A stretch of DNA of 64,000 nt. Source: Phycisphaerales bacterium. Its GTDB lineage: Bacteria > Planctomycetota > Phycisphaerae > Phycisphaerales > UBA1924. Below the pieces are notes generated by a model, which did not search any database, had not been told where the DNA came from, and saw only the letters and a list, made by a program, of their open reading frames with translations. Below are positions 27,230-35,904 of this stretch, piece by piece; position 1 is the stretch's first letter; the number at the start of each line of letters is the position of its first letter. Made by a program: the position numbers and the translations under genes. Where the stretch lies: assembly GCA_965227775.1 (NCBI GenBank), contig OZ245777.1, positions 1,376,001 to 1,440,000 of the forward strand. Direction: 5' to 3'.

Positions 27230-28114
27230 ATGAAGATCTTCCACGTCGATGCATTCACCGCCAGCGTGTTTGGTGGCAATCCGGCCGTGGTGGTGCCGGT
27301 CGAGCAGTGGCCGAGCGAGACTGTCATGCGGCAGATCGCCGCCGAGCAGAACCTCAGCGAGACCGTGTTCGTCGGTCCGGCCAGTGATGGCGATGCCGAT
27401 CGCAGGCTGCGGTGGTTCACGCCGGCCGTCGAAGTGCCCCTGTGTGGCCACGCGACACTCGCGGCGGCGCACGTGCTGTGGAACCACCTGGACGAGGTCG
27501 TCGAGCGATTGACGTTCGAGAGCCTCAGCGGTCCCTTGATCGTCTGGCACGAGAAGCAGAACGACGACGATCTGATCGTCATGGACTTTCCCGCCCGCCG
27601 CATGGTGGCGTGCGATGATCACACGGCGATCGTCGAAGCGCTGGGCGCCAGCCCGGCCGAGCTCCTGCGCACCGTCGAGAGCATCGGCGTGGGTGACGAC
27701 GCGCACCCGCTGTACATCGCGGTGTACGACAGCAAGCGCGAGGTGCACGAGATCGCGCCCGATATGAAGAAGCTCGCGTTGGTCGAGGCCCACGGCGTGA
27801 TCGCGACAGCGCCGGGCGCAAGCCACGACTTCGTGTCCCGGTTCTTTGCACCCAGGGCGGGCGTCGATGAAGACCCGGTGACCGGGAGCGCCCATTGTGC
27901 GCTCGCGCCCTACTGGGCGAAGCGACTGGGCAAGAGCCGCTTGGCGGCCCGGCAGGTCTCCAAGCGCGGCGGGGAGCTGCGGTGCGACGTGGCGACCACG
28001 GACCAGGGCGAGCGCGTGCTGCTGGCCGGCAAGGCGGTGACGTACAGCGTCGGCGAGGTCATCGCCGACCTTGCACAGAACACGGATGTCGCCCAGGTTG
28101 TGGGCACGCCGTAG
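27230..28114 (+). CDS. PhzF family epimerase/isomerase
   Basis: VDAFT...GGNPAVV, NLSETVF, EVPLCGHATLA and EDPVTGSAH motifs. Confidence 0.95.
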   Translation: MKIFHVDAFTASVFGGNPAVVVPVEQWPSETVMRQIAAEQNLSETVFVGPASDGDADRRLRWFTPAVEVPLCGHATLAAAHVLWNHLDEVVERLTFESLSGPLIVWHEKQNDDDLIVMDFPARRMVACDDHTAIVEALGASPAELLRTVESIGVGDDAHPLYIAVYDSKREVHEIAPDMKKLALVEAHGVIATAPGASHDFVSRFFAPRAGVDEDPVTGSAHCALAPYWAKRLGKSRLAARQVSKRGGELRCDVATTDQGERVLLAGKAVTYSVGEVIADLAQNTDVAQVVGTP

Positions 28115-28251
28115 CCGCTGTGGGGCACGTCCGATAGCGGAAAAACCAGGTTGGAACAAGAAACTCGAAGCTGGATTCGGCAGCCGTTGGGCAGCCGGCT
28201 GCGTGCGATCGGGTACGCTGTAGCGTGACCCCCTCCAAGGAGACCCGACAC

Positions 28252-29586
28252 ATGCCCACCGGACGTATCTCGACCGCCTTGCTCCTTCTCGCCTGTGGCT
28301 CGACCGCCTTCGGCCAAGCCGCCGACCCGACGGTGTTCGTTGGCAACAACGGCAACCTGCTCGGTGCCGTCACCAGCCTGCAGCCCGACGCATCGGGCGC
28401 GTTGGTGCAGGTGGACTACCTCGTTATCGACGAGCGGCCGGCCGGCTCGGGCTCGCTGCCCGGCACGAACATCGAGGGGATCGCGCTCTCGGCGGGTGGC
28501 CGCTTCCTCGCGACGGGCCACGCGACGGCACTCGATCCCGAGCAGTTGACAATCATCGAGATCGATGTCGACGGCACGATGCAGATCCTCGATGAGTTCA
28601 GCGTGCCCAACGCGCCCCTGGGCATGGCATGGATCGACGATGAGTACATCGCGGTTGCCGAGTCGAACCTGGGTCGGTCATTTGCTCGTGTGTATCGCTA
28701 CACGCCCGGCGCCTCGCCGATGACCGGCTCGCTCGTGCAGACCGATATCTCCGGCGAGGGCACGTTCATCACGAACATCGAGTCCGACCACGATCGGCGG
28801 CTCATCTTCGTGCAGGACTCTGACTTCGGCGGTGGCTCGGCGAACGTGACAGCGTACGAGGTCGATGCCACGGGCATGCTGACCGAGGTCGGCTTTGTGT
28901 TCACGTCACCGAACTTTGCGCTCGATATGGCGCTCGCGCCCAACGGGGAGTGGCTGTACGCCGGCTGCGGTATCAGCGGCACGGGCAGCGACGTGCTGGG
29001 CTTCCGTGTCGGCCCGGGGGGTGATCTGAGCTTCATTCCCGACGCTCCGTTCACCAGCCCGGGCGATTCGCCGGCTTGGGTGACCGTGAGCCCCGACAAC
29101 CGGTTCGTGTACGCCGGCCATGGTCGCGACGCGACGGTGCAGGGCTTTTCGACCGACAACGAGACGGGGGCGCTCACCGCGCTGGGCGTGTCGTTCGACG
29201 TCGGCAGCCAGGGGACGCTTGGCACCGTGGGCACGCTCGCACTGCCGGCGGGCAACTTCATGTTCGTTACCGACAACTCGACCGTGTTCGACGACATGAG
29301 CGGCATCTACAGCTTCCGCATCGAAGACACCGGCGACCTCACGCAGGTCGGCGACATTGTGGCGACCCCCGGCAGCCAGCCCGACAACTTTGTCGTGTGG
29401 CAACCCGGCGGCGACGACTGCCGCGCCGACCTCGACGGCGACGGCGAGCTGACCCTGTTCGATTTCCTCGCGTTCCAGAACCTGTTCGACACGGGCGACC
29501 CCGCCGCCGACTTTGATGGCGATGGGGAGCTGACGCTCTTCGACTTCCTGGCGTTCCAGAACGAGTTCGATGCGGGGTGTGCGTAG
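28252..29586 (+). CDS. Secreted lactonase-like beta-propeller with C-terminal GC-type dockerin-like module
   Basis: Signal peptide, blades such as VSPDNRFVY and LAPNGEWLY, and a C-terminal CRADLDGDG...FDAGCA. AAGGAG RBS; alternative GTG start at 28225. Confidence 0.85.
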   Translation: MPTGRISTALLLLACGSTAFGQAADPTVFVGNNGNLLGAVTSLQPDASGALVQVDYLVIDERPAGSGSLPGTNIEGIALSAGGRFLATGHATALDPEQLTIIEIDVDGTMQILDEFSVPNAPLGMAWIDDEYIAVAESNLGRSFARVYRYTPGASPMTGSLVQTDISGEGTFITNIESDHDRRLIFVQDSDFGGGSANVTAYEVDATGMLTEVGFVFTSPNFALDMALAPNGEWLYAGCGISGTGSDVLGFRVGPGGDLSFIPDAPFTSPGDSPAWVTVSPDNRFVYAGHGRDATVQGFSTDNETGALTALGVSFDVGSQGTLGTVGTLALPAGNFMFVTDNSTVFDDMSGIYSFRIEDTGDLTQVGDIVATPGSQPDNFVVWQPGGDDCRADLDGDGELTLFDFLAFQNLFDTGDPAADFDGDGELTLFDFLAFQNEFDAGCA

Positions 29587-30423
29587 TTAGCGTGCGTCAG
29601 CCGAGTCGGTTGACGGCGTCTGCGCATCGACGAGCCCCAACCACACTTGCCCTTGCTCCTCGCCCTGCGGCTCGCCTCGCCAGGCGTGGAGCCGCACGTT
29701 GCGGATGAGTTCGAGGATGCCGAGGAACATGCCGATGGCTTCGGCGCGGGTGCGGCCTGTGAAGAGTGCGCTCAGCGGTAGGCTGGGCTGGCCCGACTCC
29801 TCGCGTGCGCGTTCGAGGCGGTCGATGGCGTCGGCTTGGTGCAGCTCGATGGGCGTGTCGTCATCGGTGACGGTGTGCTCGCCGAGGCGGTCGAACTGGA
29901 TGGCGCTGGCGATGCGGTCGAAGGCCTCGACCAAGTCGGTCAGCGACAGGTCATCGATGTCAAGCGCCAGATCTTCCTCGTCCTCGTCGCGCGAGGGGCG
30001 GAGCGCGGGGGCAACGCGGGCGCGGGCCTGCCACTGCTCGAGGCGCTGCTCCAGGGCGTCGGCCCGGTCTCGGAGGCGCTTGTATTCGAGGAGCTGGCGG
30101 ACGAGTTCGGCCCGGGGGTCTTCGGGCTCCTTGTCGTCCTTCGCGTGCTCCCGCTTCGCGCGCTCGGCGTCCTCGGGGCTCAGGTTCTCGGCGGCGACCA
30201 CGCGGCTCTTGATCTCGGCGAGCGTCGCGGCCATAACCAGGAACTCGCCCGCGGTGTCGATATCGATGGTCGACAGGTCGCTGATGGCTTCCATGTACCG
30301 CTCGGCGATGAGGGCCACGGGGATGTCGTGGATGTCGACCTCGTGCACGCGGACGAGGTGCAGGAGCAGGTCCATGGGCCCCTCGAAGGCGTCGACGGCG
30401 ATGGCGGGGCCTGTGGCGTCCAT
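29587..30423 (-). CDS. scpA: Segregation and condensation protein A (SMC kleisin)
   Basis: FEGPMDLLLHLV, GEFLVMAATLAEIKSR, ELVRQLLEYK and FLGILELI motifs. Confidence 0.93.
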   Translation of the reverse strand: MDATGPAIAVDAFEGPMDLLLHLVRVHEVDIHDIPVALIAERYMEAISDLSTIDIDTAGEFLVMAATLAEIKSRVVAAENLSPEDAERAKREHAKDDKEPEDPRAELVRQLLEYKRLRDRADALEQRLEQWQARARVAPALRPSRDEDEEDLALDIDDLSLTDLVEAFDRIASAIQFDRLGEHTVTDDDTPIELHQADAIDRLERAREESGQPSLPLSALFTGRTRAEAIGMFLGILELIRNVRLHAWRGEPQGEEQGQVWLGLVDAQTPSTDSADAR

Positions 30424-30462
30424 GGGCGACTCTAGGGCGGGTTCTGCCTCATACCCTGACCA

Positions 30463-31509
30463 ATGACGACCCCGACGAGCGCCATGACACCGCCGCACAC
30501 CACCGAGCATCTCGAACTGGCCAGCCGGCTCCTTCAGGAAGAGGCAGCGGCGGTTGGAGCGCTCGCGGAGCTTCCGGATGGCTTCGCCAAGGCGGTCGAG
30601 CTGATCGATGCGTGCGCGAGGGCTGGCGGCACGGTGCTGGTGACTGGCCTGGGCAAGAGCGGGCACGTGGGCGCCAAGATCAGCGCGACGATGGCGAGCC
30701 TGGGCATCCCTAGCCACCTGGTGCACCCGACCGAGGCGGCCCACGGCGACCTGGGCCGGTTCCGGCCGAGCGACCTCGTGCTTGCGCTCAGCTTCAGCGG
30801 CAAGACGGCCGAAGTCGTTGCACTGTGCGGGCTGTTGCGTCAGGACGGCTTACCGATCGTGACCATCACGGGCCGCAAGCCGGCTGATGCCGAGCAGCCG
30901 GACCCGCTGAGCCGCCTGGCGACCGTGCCGCTGTATCTTGGTCTCACGCACGAGGCGCTGCATCCAAGGTTCAGCGCGCCGACGGCTTCGACGACCGCGA
31001 CCCTTGCGCTGGGCGATGCGTTGGCAATCTCGGCCGCCGCAAAGTGTGGATTCACCGACGCTGATTTTGCGAGGCGTCACCCTGGCGGCGCACTCGGCGG
31101 CGCGCTCCGTCCGATCATGGACATCGCGCGTTGCACGATCGACGACCACCTGCCCGTCGCGCCCGAGCGCGTGAGCGTCATCGAGGCGCAGCACGCGGTA
31201 CAGACCAAGAGCGGTCGGCGTCCGGGCGCGATCCTGCTCGTTGATGACGAAGGAAAGCTCACGGGCATCTTCACCGATGGCGATCTGCGCAGGCTCGTCC
31301 TTCGCGATCGCTCTGAGCTCGATCGGCCGGTCGCGGACGTGATGACCAAACACCCACGCACGATCAACAGCGACGCCCTCGCGCGCGACGCGGTGGCGCT
31401 CGTGCTTGAGCACCGCCAGGACGAGGTGCCGATCGTGGATGGTGATGGCAAGCCGGTGGGCTTGCTGGACGTCCAGGATCTGGTCGCGCTCAAGCTCGTC
31501 GAGGGCTGA
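30463..31509 (+). CDS. kdsD: Arabinose-5-phosphate isomerase, KpsF/GutQ family (SIS + 2 CBS)
   Basis: TGLGKSGHVGAKI, EAAHGDLG, APTASTT, HPGGALG and GIFTDGDLRR motifs. Confidence 0.93.
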   Translation: MTTPTSAMTPPHTTEHLELASRLLQEEAAAVGALAELPDGFAKAVELIDACARAGGTVLVTGLGKSGHVGAKISATMASLGIPSHLVHPTEAAHGDLGRFRPSDLVLALSFSGKTAEVVALCGLLRQDGLPIVTITGRKPADAEQPDPLSRLATVPLYLGLTHEALHPRFSAPTASTTATLALGDALAISAAAKCGFTDADFARRHPGGALGGALRPIMDIARCTIDDHLPVAPERVSVIEAQHAVQTKSGRRPGAILLVDDEGKLTGIFTDGDLRRLVLRDRSELDRPVADVMTKHPRTINSDALARDAVALVLEHRQDEVPIVDGDGKPVGLLDVQDLVALKLVEG

Positions 31510-31614
31510 CGAGCCATTAGAACTTTCACAAAAGTTCTTGCAACATTTCACGCACTGTGTGGTATAAGCGCTGGGAGACGCGTGTGTTCTGCCGCGTGGG
31601 AAGGGAGTGCAGCA

Positions 31615-33390
31615 ATGATGCGTACCACAACAACTACCGCTATCTCGTCGATCGTCGCGGTTTGCGGCCTGGCGCTCGCTTCGAGCGACTTGCTTGCACA
31701 GGGGCCGCTGGAACAGGCCTTCCCATCGGCCATCCGTGTCGACGAACTGCGCGGCGTGACCGGCTTCGAGATCCAGGGCGCCGTTTCCGGCGAGGCCAGC
31801 GGCGACACGGTTCGATCCGCCGGCGACGTGAACAACGACGGCATCGACGACGTCATCGTCAACACGGGTCCGGGCGAAGCCTCGTACGTGCTCTTCGGCC
31901 GAGTCGGTGGGCTCGATCCACAGGTGCCGCTGGCGGACCTCGACGGCGAGAACGGGTTCGTGCTGCGGCTGGACGGATCTGGGGATCTGGGCATTCAAGC
32001 CTCGGCCGCCGGCGACCTGAATGGCGATGGCATCAGCGATGTGATCGTTGGCGACCCGGAGTCCAGCCCCGGCGGGCTGACCGCTGCCGGCCGGGCGTTC
32101 GTCGTGTTCGGACGCTCGGGTGCGTTCCCCGCGGAGGTCGACGTCCTGTCGCTGGACGGTTCGGACGGCTTTACGCTCGTCGGCGAGGCGGTGGACGATC
32201 GAGCCGGGTTCGATGTTTCCGCCGCGGGCGACTTCAACGGCGACGGCATCGACGACGTGGCGATTGGTTGCTTCGGCTCACGATGCTGCGGCGCGATCAG
32301 CAAGGCGTTCGTGGTCTTTGGAAGTCGCGACGGCTTCGGCGCCACGTTCGAACTCTCCACGCTCGATGGCACGGACGGGTTCCGTGTCGTCGGCCCGGAC
32401 GCGGGCGAGAGGCTTTGGCGCGTGGCGACAGGTGGCGATGTCAACGGGGACGGCCTGGGCGATCTGGTCTTTGGCAACCGGAGCGCCGATCCTCTGGGCC
32501 GGCTCATCGCGGGCTCGGCGTTCGTCCTGTTCGGCAGCGATCGGGCGTTCGGCCCTCAGTTTGATCTCGCGGCGCTCGATGGGCAGAACGGCTTCCGTGT
32601 CGATGGCGCCGAGCAGGGCCATCGGGTCGGTACGGGAATCGGTACGGCCGGCGACGTCAACGGCGATGGTTTCGATGATGTCGTGATCGGCGCGGAGGGC
32701 GCCGGTGCCTTCTACATGGGCTTCACTGCGGGCCGCACGTACGTCGTCTTCGGGAAAGACGACGCGTTCGAGCCCGTGATCGATCTGACCGGATTCGGTA
32801 GCCCAGACGGCTTCCGCATCGACGGGGCATCGAGCGAGGCGTCCAGCGGCCGGGCGGTGGGCTCGGCGGGCGACATCAACGGCGACGGCTTCGACGACAC
32901 GCTCGTCGGCGCGCCGACCACCGGGTTTGAGATCATCAGCTACTACCCGTTCGAGTCGCGCAGCGGCAGCGGCGAGACCTACGTCGTCTTCGGGCGCGGC
33001 GATGGCTTCCCCGACGTTGTGGCCGCGGCGGACCTGGACGGCGGGGACGGCTTCCGGATCGAGGGTGTGTCCGAGAGCTATTGCGGCAGTTCGGTGTCGT
33101 TCGCTGGCGACGTGAACGGTGACGGCAACGATGACTTCATCATCGGTGAGTACGCGGCTAGCGTGCCCGGCCTCACGGGCGCGGGGAAGAGCTATGTCAT
33201 CTATGGACGCGACCTGTTTCCCTGCTCCGCCGACCTCGACGGCGACGGCGAGTTGACGATCTTCGACTTCCTGGAGTTCCAGAACCTGTTTACGGCCGGC
33301 GACCCGCGTGCCGACTTCGATGGTGATGGCGAGCTCTCGCTGTTTGACTTCCTGGCGTTCCAGAACGCGTTTGATGCGGGCTGCTCGTGA
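31615..33390 (+). CDS. FG-GAP/integrin-alpha-like beta-propeller protein with GC-type dockerin-like module (copy 1)
   Basis: Seven AGD(V/F/L/I)NxDGxxD repeats with (Y/F)VVFG strands, a signal peptide, and C-terminal ...FDAGCS. Confidence 0.9.
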   Translation: MMRTTTTTAISSIVAVCGLALASSDLLAQGPLEQAFPSAIRVDELRGVTGFEIQGAVSGEASGDTVRSAGDVNNDGIDDVIVNTGPGEASYVLFGRVGGLDPQVPLADLDGENGFVLRLDGSGDLGIQASAAGDLNGDGISDVIVGDPESSPGGLTAAGRAFVVFGRSGAFPAEVDVLSLDGSDGFTLVGEAVDDRAGFDVSAAGDFNGDGIDDVAIGCFGSRCCGAISKAFVVFGSRDGFGATFELSTLDGTDGFRVVGPDAGERLWRVATGGDVNGDGLGDLVFGNRSADPLGRLIAGSAFVLFGSDRAFGPQFDLAALDGQNGFRVDGAEQGHRVGTGIGTAGDVNGDGFDDVVIGAEGAGAFYMGFTAGRTYVVFGKDDAFEPVIDLTGFGSPDGFRIDGASSEASSGRAVGSAGDINGDGFDDTLVGAPTTGFEIISYYPFESRSGSGETYVVFGRGDGFPDVVAAADLDGGDGFRIEGVSESYCGSSVSFAGDVNGDGNDDFIIGEYAASVPGLTGAGKSYVIYGRDLFPCSADLDGDGELTIFDFLEFQNLFTAGDPRADFDGDGELSLFDFLAFQNAFDAGCS

Positions 33391-33491
33391 GACAGGGGGA
33401 ATCCTGCATAGGTTGTGGTTTGGCGCCCACCCGTTTTCTGGTACCGTGATATTTGAAGACTTGATACCTGACCGGCTGAAGGAGGAATGCC

Positions 33492-35276
33492 ATGCACGTA
33501 CGAACGAACGAGCATCTGATGACGCTGTTGATCGTCGCGGGCCTTCCGATGGCCATGCCGGCGGCGGTAACGGCCCAGAGCGATCCGCTGTCGGAGCCGT
33601 TTCCCGTTGTTCTTCCGCTGGGCGATCTCGATGGCGAGATCGGGTTCGGTCTCGACGGCGTGGTCCCGCGCGATGGATTTGGCTGGTCTGTCGGTGGGCT
33701 CGGCGACATCAATGGTGACGGCGTCGATGACGTGATCATCGGAGCGCCATGGACCAGTGGGATCAACGGCGCGGCGTTCATCGTGTTCGGCTCGGCGACC
33801 GGCTTTCCCGCGATAGTTGACGCGGCGACACTCGACGGCAGCAACGGGTTCGTTGCCGAGGGCTCCCGCGACCCCAGCCCGTCGGGCCGCGGTGAGCGAG
33901 CGGGAATCGCGGTCGCGGGGGCGGGAGACGTGAATGGCGATGGCGTGGCCGATGCCGTCATCGGTGCGGATCGCGCCGGCGAGCGCTACGTGAAGTCGTA
34001 CGCGGGCGCGACCTACGTCCTGTTCGGGCGCGGCGACGGCGCGTTTGACCCCGCGGTGCGGCTGGCCGATCTTGACGGCAACACCGGCTTCGCGGTGCCG
34101 GGCCTCGAAGGCGGTGACGGCAACGGCGCCGCGGTCTCGTCAGCGGGTGACATCAACGGCGATGGATTCGGAGACGTGCTCATCGGCGTGCCGGGCGGCG
34201 GCGAGGGTGAGTATGGCGGCGGCAGCTACTACCCGTACTACTACTGCTGCCCGGGCGAGGCCTATGTCATTTACGGCCGGGACATCCCCGGCGGCGCGAG
34301 CTTCCCGGCGGAGCTGGCGTTCGATCCGGATGCGCAAGACGAGGGGTTCGCGCTCTTCGGCGAAGACATCCGGGGCGATCTGGGCGCGGCCGTCGCCAGC
34401 GCAGGAGACGTCAACGGTGACGGATTCGATGACGTGCTGGTTGCCGCTCGAGAGGACGATACGTACTACGGCGCGACGCATGTGATCTTCGGCCAGCCGT
34501 CCGGACTGGCCTCGTCGTTCAACGTGCGTGACCTTGACGGCACGAATGGCTTCACGATCCGCCCGGTGCCGGCGGCGATCATCAGTTACTCCGCTGACGA
34601 TGTGGATGCGGCTGGCGATGTGAACGGTGACGGGGTCGCTGACATCATCGTCAACTCGCGCTACGACGGCGCTTTCGTCGTGTTTGGTGGTACGGGTGGA
34701 TTCCCTGCCGACGTCATCCTTGATGACCTGGATGGTACCGACGGATTCCGCCTGACGGGCACACGGACCTCCGACGTGGCCGGCATCGGCGACTTCAACG
34801 GGGACGGGATCGACGACATCGCCGTCGGGGACACGCTCGCGACGACGGGCGCCGGCTCGCGCGCTGGCGCCGTGTACGTCGTCTTCGGGAGCCGAGACGG
34901 ATTCGCGGCGGCATTGAATCTCCGCACGCTCGACGGCGACAACGGCTTCCGCATTGAAGGCAGTATTCCAAACGATGGTGTTGGAAGCGTCGTATCGGCC
35001 GCTGGCGATGTCAACGACGACGGTAACCCCGACTTGCTGATCGGCACGCGTGACCAATTCACCGGTGAGAACGACACCGGTGCCTACGTGGTCTTCGGCC
35101 GCAGCGCCTGCCCGGCCGATCTCGACGGCGACGGCGCGTTGACGGTGTTCGACTTCCTCGCGTTCCAGAACTTCTTTGACGCCGGCGACCTCCGCGCCGA
35201 CTTCGATGGCGATGGAGATCTCACCCTGTTCGACTTCCTGTCGTTCCAGAACGCGTTCGATGCGGGGTGCGATTAG
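33492..35276 (+). CDS. FG-GAP/integrin-alpha-like protein with GC-type dockerin-like module (copy 2)
   Basis: Same repeat architecture; AAGGAGG RBS; ends ...FDAGCD. Confidence 0.9.
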   Translation: MHVRTNEHLMTLLIVAGLPMAMPAAVTAQSDPLSEPFPVVLPLGDLDGEIGFGLDGVVPRDGFGWSVGGLGDINGDGVDDVIIGAPWTSGINGAAFIVFGSATGFPAIVDAATLDGSNGFVAEGSRDPSPSGRGERAGIAVAGAGDVNGDGVADAVIGADRAGERYVKSYAGATYVLFGRGDGAFDPAVRLADLDGNTGFAVPGLEGGDGNGAAVSSAGDINGDGFGDVLIGVPGGGEGEYGGGSYYPYYYCCPGEAYVIYGRDIPGGASFPAELAFDPDAQDEGFALFGEDIRGDLGAAVASAGDVNGDGFDDVLVAAREDDTYYGATHVIFGQPSGLASSFNVRDLDGTNGFTIRPVPAAIISYSADDVDAAGDVNGDGVADIIVNSRYDGAFVVFGGTGGFPADVILDDLDGTDGFRLTGTRTSDVAGIGDFNGDGIDDIAVGDTLATTGAGSRAGAVYVVFGSRDGFAAALNLRTLDGDNGFRIEGSIPNDGVGSVVSAAGDVNDDGNPDLLIGTRDQFTGENDTGAYVVFGRSACPADLDGDGALTVFDFLAFQNFFDAGDLRADFDGDGDLTLFDFLSFQNAFDAGCD

Positions 35277-35303
35277 ATGTAGCCGTCGGCGTGTACGACG
35301 GGT

Positions 35304-35687
35304 TCAGGCGCCCATCGACTTCCAGAGCCCGATGACGTTGCCCTCGGGGTCGGCAAACCATGCGAAGTGGCCCATGCCCGGCACTTCCTGCTTGGGGATG
35401 ACGGTCTTGCCACCGAGCTCTTCGACCTGCTTGAGCGTGGCGTCGATATCGTCGACCTGCGCGTAGACGGTCACGTACTGGTGCGGCTCGTGACCGAGGC
35501 TGCTGAAGTGCCCGCCGATGCCCTCAGTCTTGGGTTCGACATGGGCGCCGAGGTTGCTCAGCATGGCCATGTTGGGCCCACCCTCCTCGCTCTGCCAGCC
35601 GAGCAAGTCCTTGTAGAAGGCCCTGGTCTTGGCCAGGTCCTTGCTTCCGATCTCGAAGTGGACGACGGGTGCGGGGTCTTTGGGCAT
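35304..35687 (-). CDS. VOC/glyoxalase family protein
   Basis: VVHFEI, FYKDLLGW and FADPEGNVIGLW motifs. Confidence 0.92.
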   Translation of the reverse strand: MPKDPAPVVHFEIGSKDLAKTRAFYKDLLGWQSEEGGPNMAMLSNLGAHVEPKTEGIGGHFSSLGHEPHQYVTVYAQVDDIDATLKQVEELGGKTVIPKQEVPGMGHFAWFADPEGNVIGLWKSMGA

Positions 35688-35832
35688 GGGGAGGCTCCTT
35701 TGGACGGTGTTGGATCAATCCGGGATTCTTAGCCGAGCATGGCGCGGTGCTCCCTGGCGTGAAGCGGTGACACTAGCGGCTCACTTCTAGTCGCTGGAAA
35801 AGTGCGTCAACGGCGCGTATCCGCCGTTTCTC

Positions 35833-35861
35833 TTGACAAACCGACCAGTTTTCGATAGTTT
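35833..35861 (+). promoter_or_regulatory. Sigma70-type promoter for FG-GAP copy 3
   Basis: TTGACA (35833-38), 17-nt spacer, TAGTTT (35856-61). Confidence 0.6.
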
Positions 35862-35904
35862 GTTCTCAGGAGTTGGGTTCGATGGAGAATGGAGGAGAGG
35901 TGCG

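Noticed and set aside
22666..28114. APH-like kinase, ABC exporter, DinB and PhzF as an antibiotic biosynthesis/resistance cluster
   Set aside because: No biosynthetic core genes; all are widespread stand-alone families, and kdsA interrupts the set.
34195..34260. Run of NNC codons (TAC/TGC/GGC/AGC) resembling a DGR variable region
   Set aside because: No reverse transcriptase or adenine-variant template repeat in the window, and C-ending codons are the genome norm.
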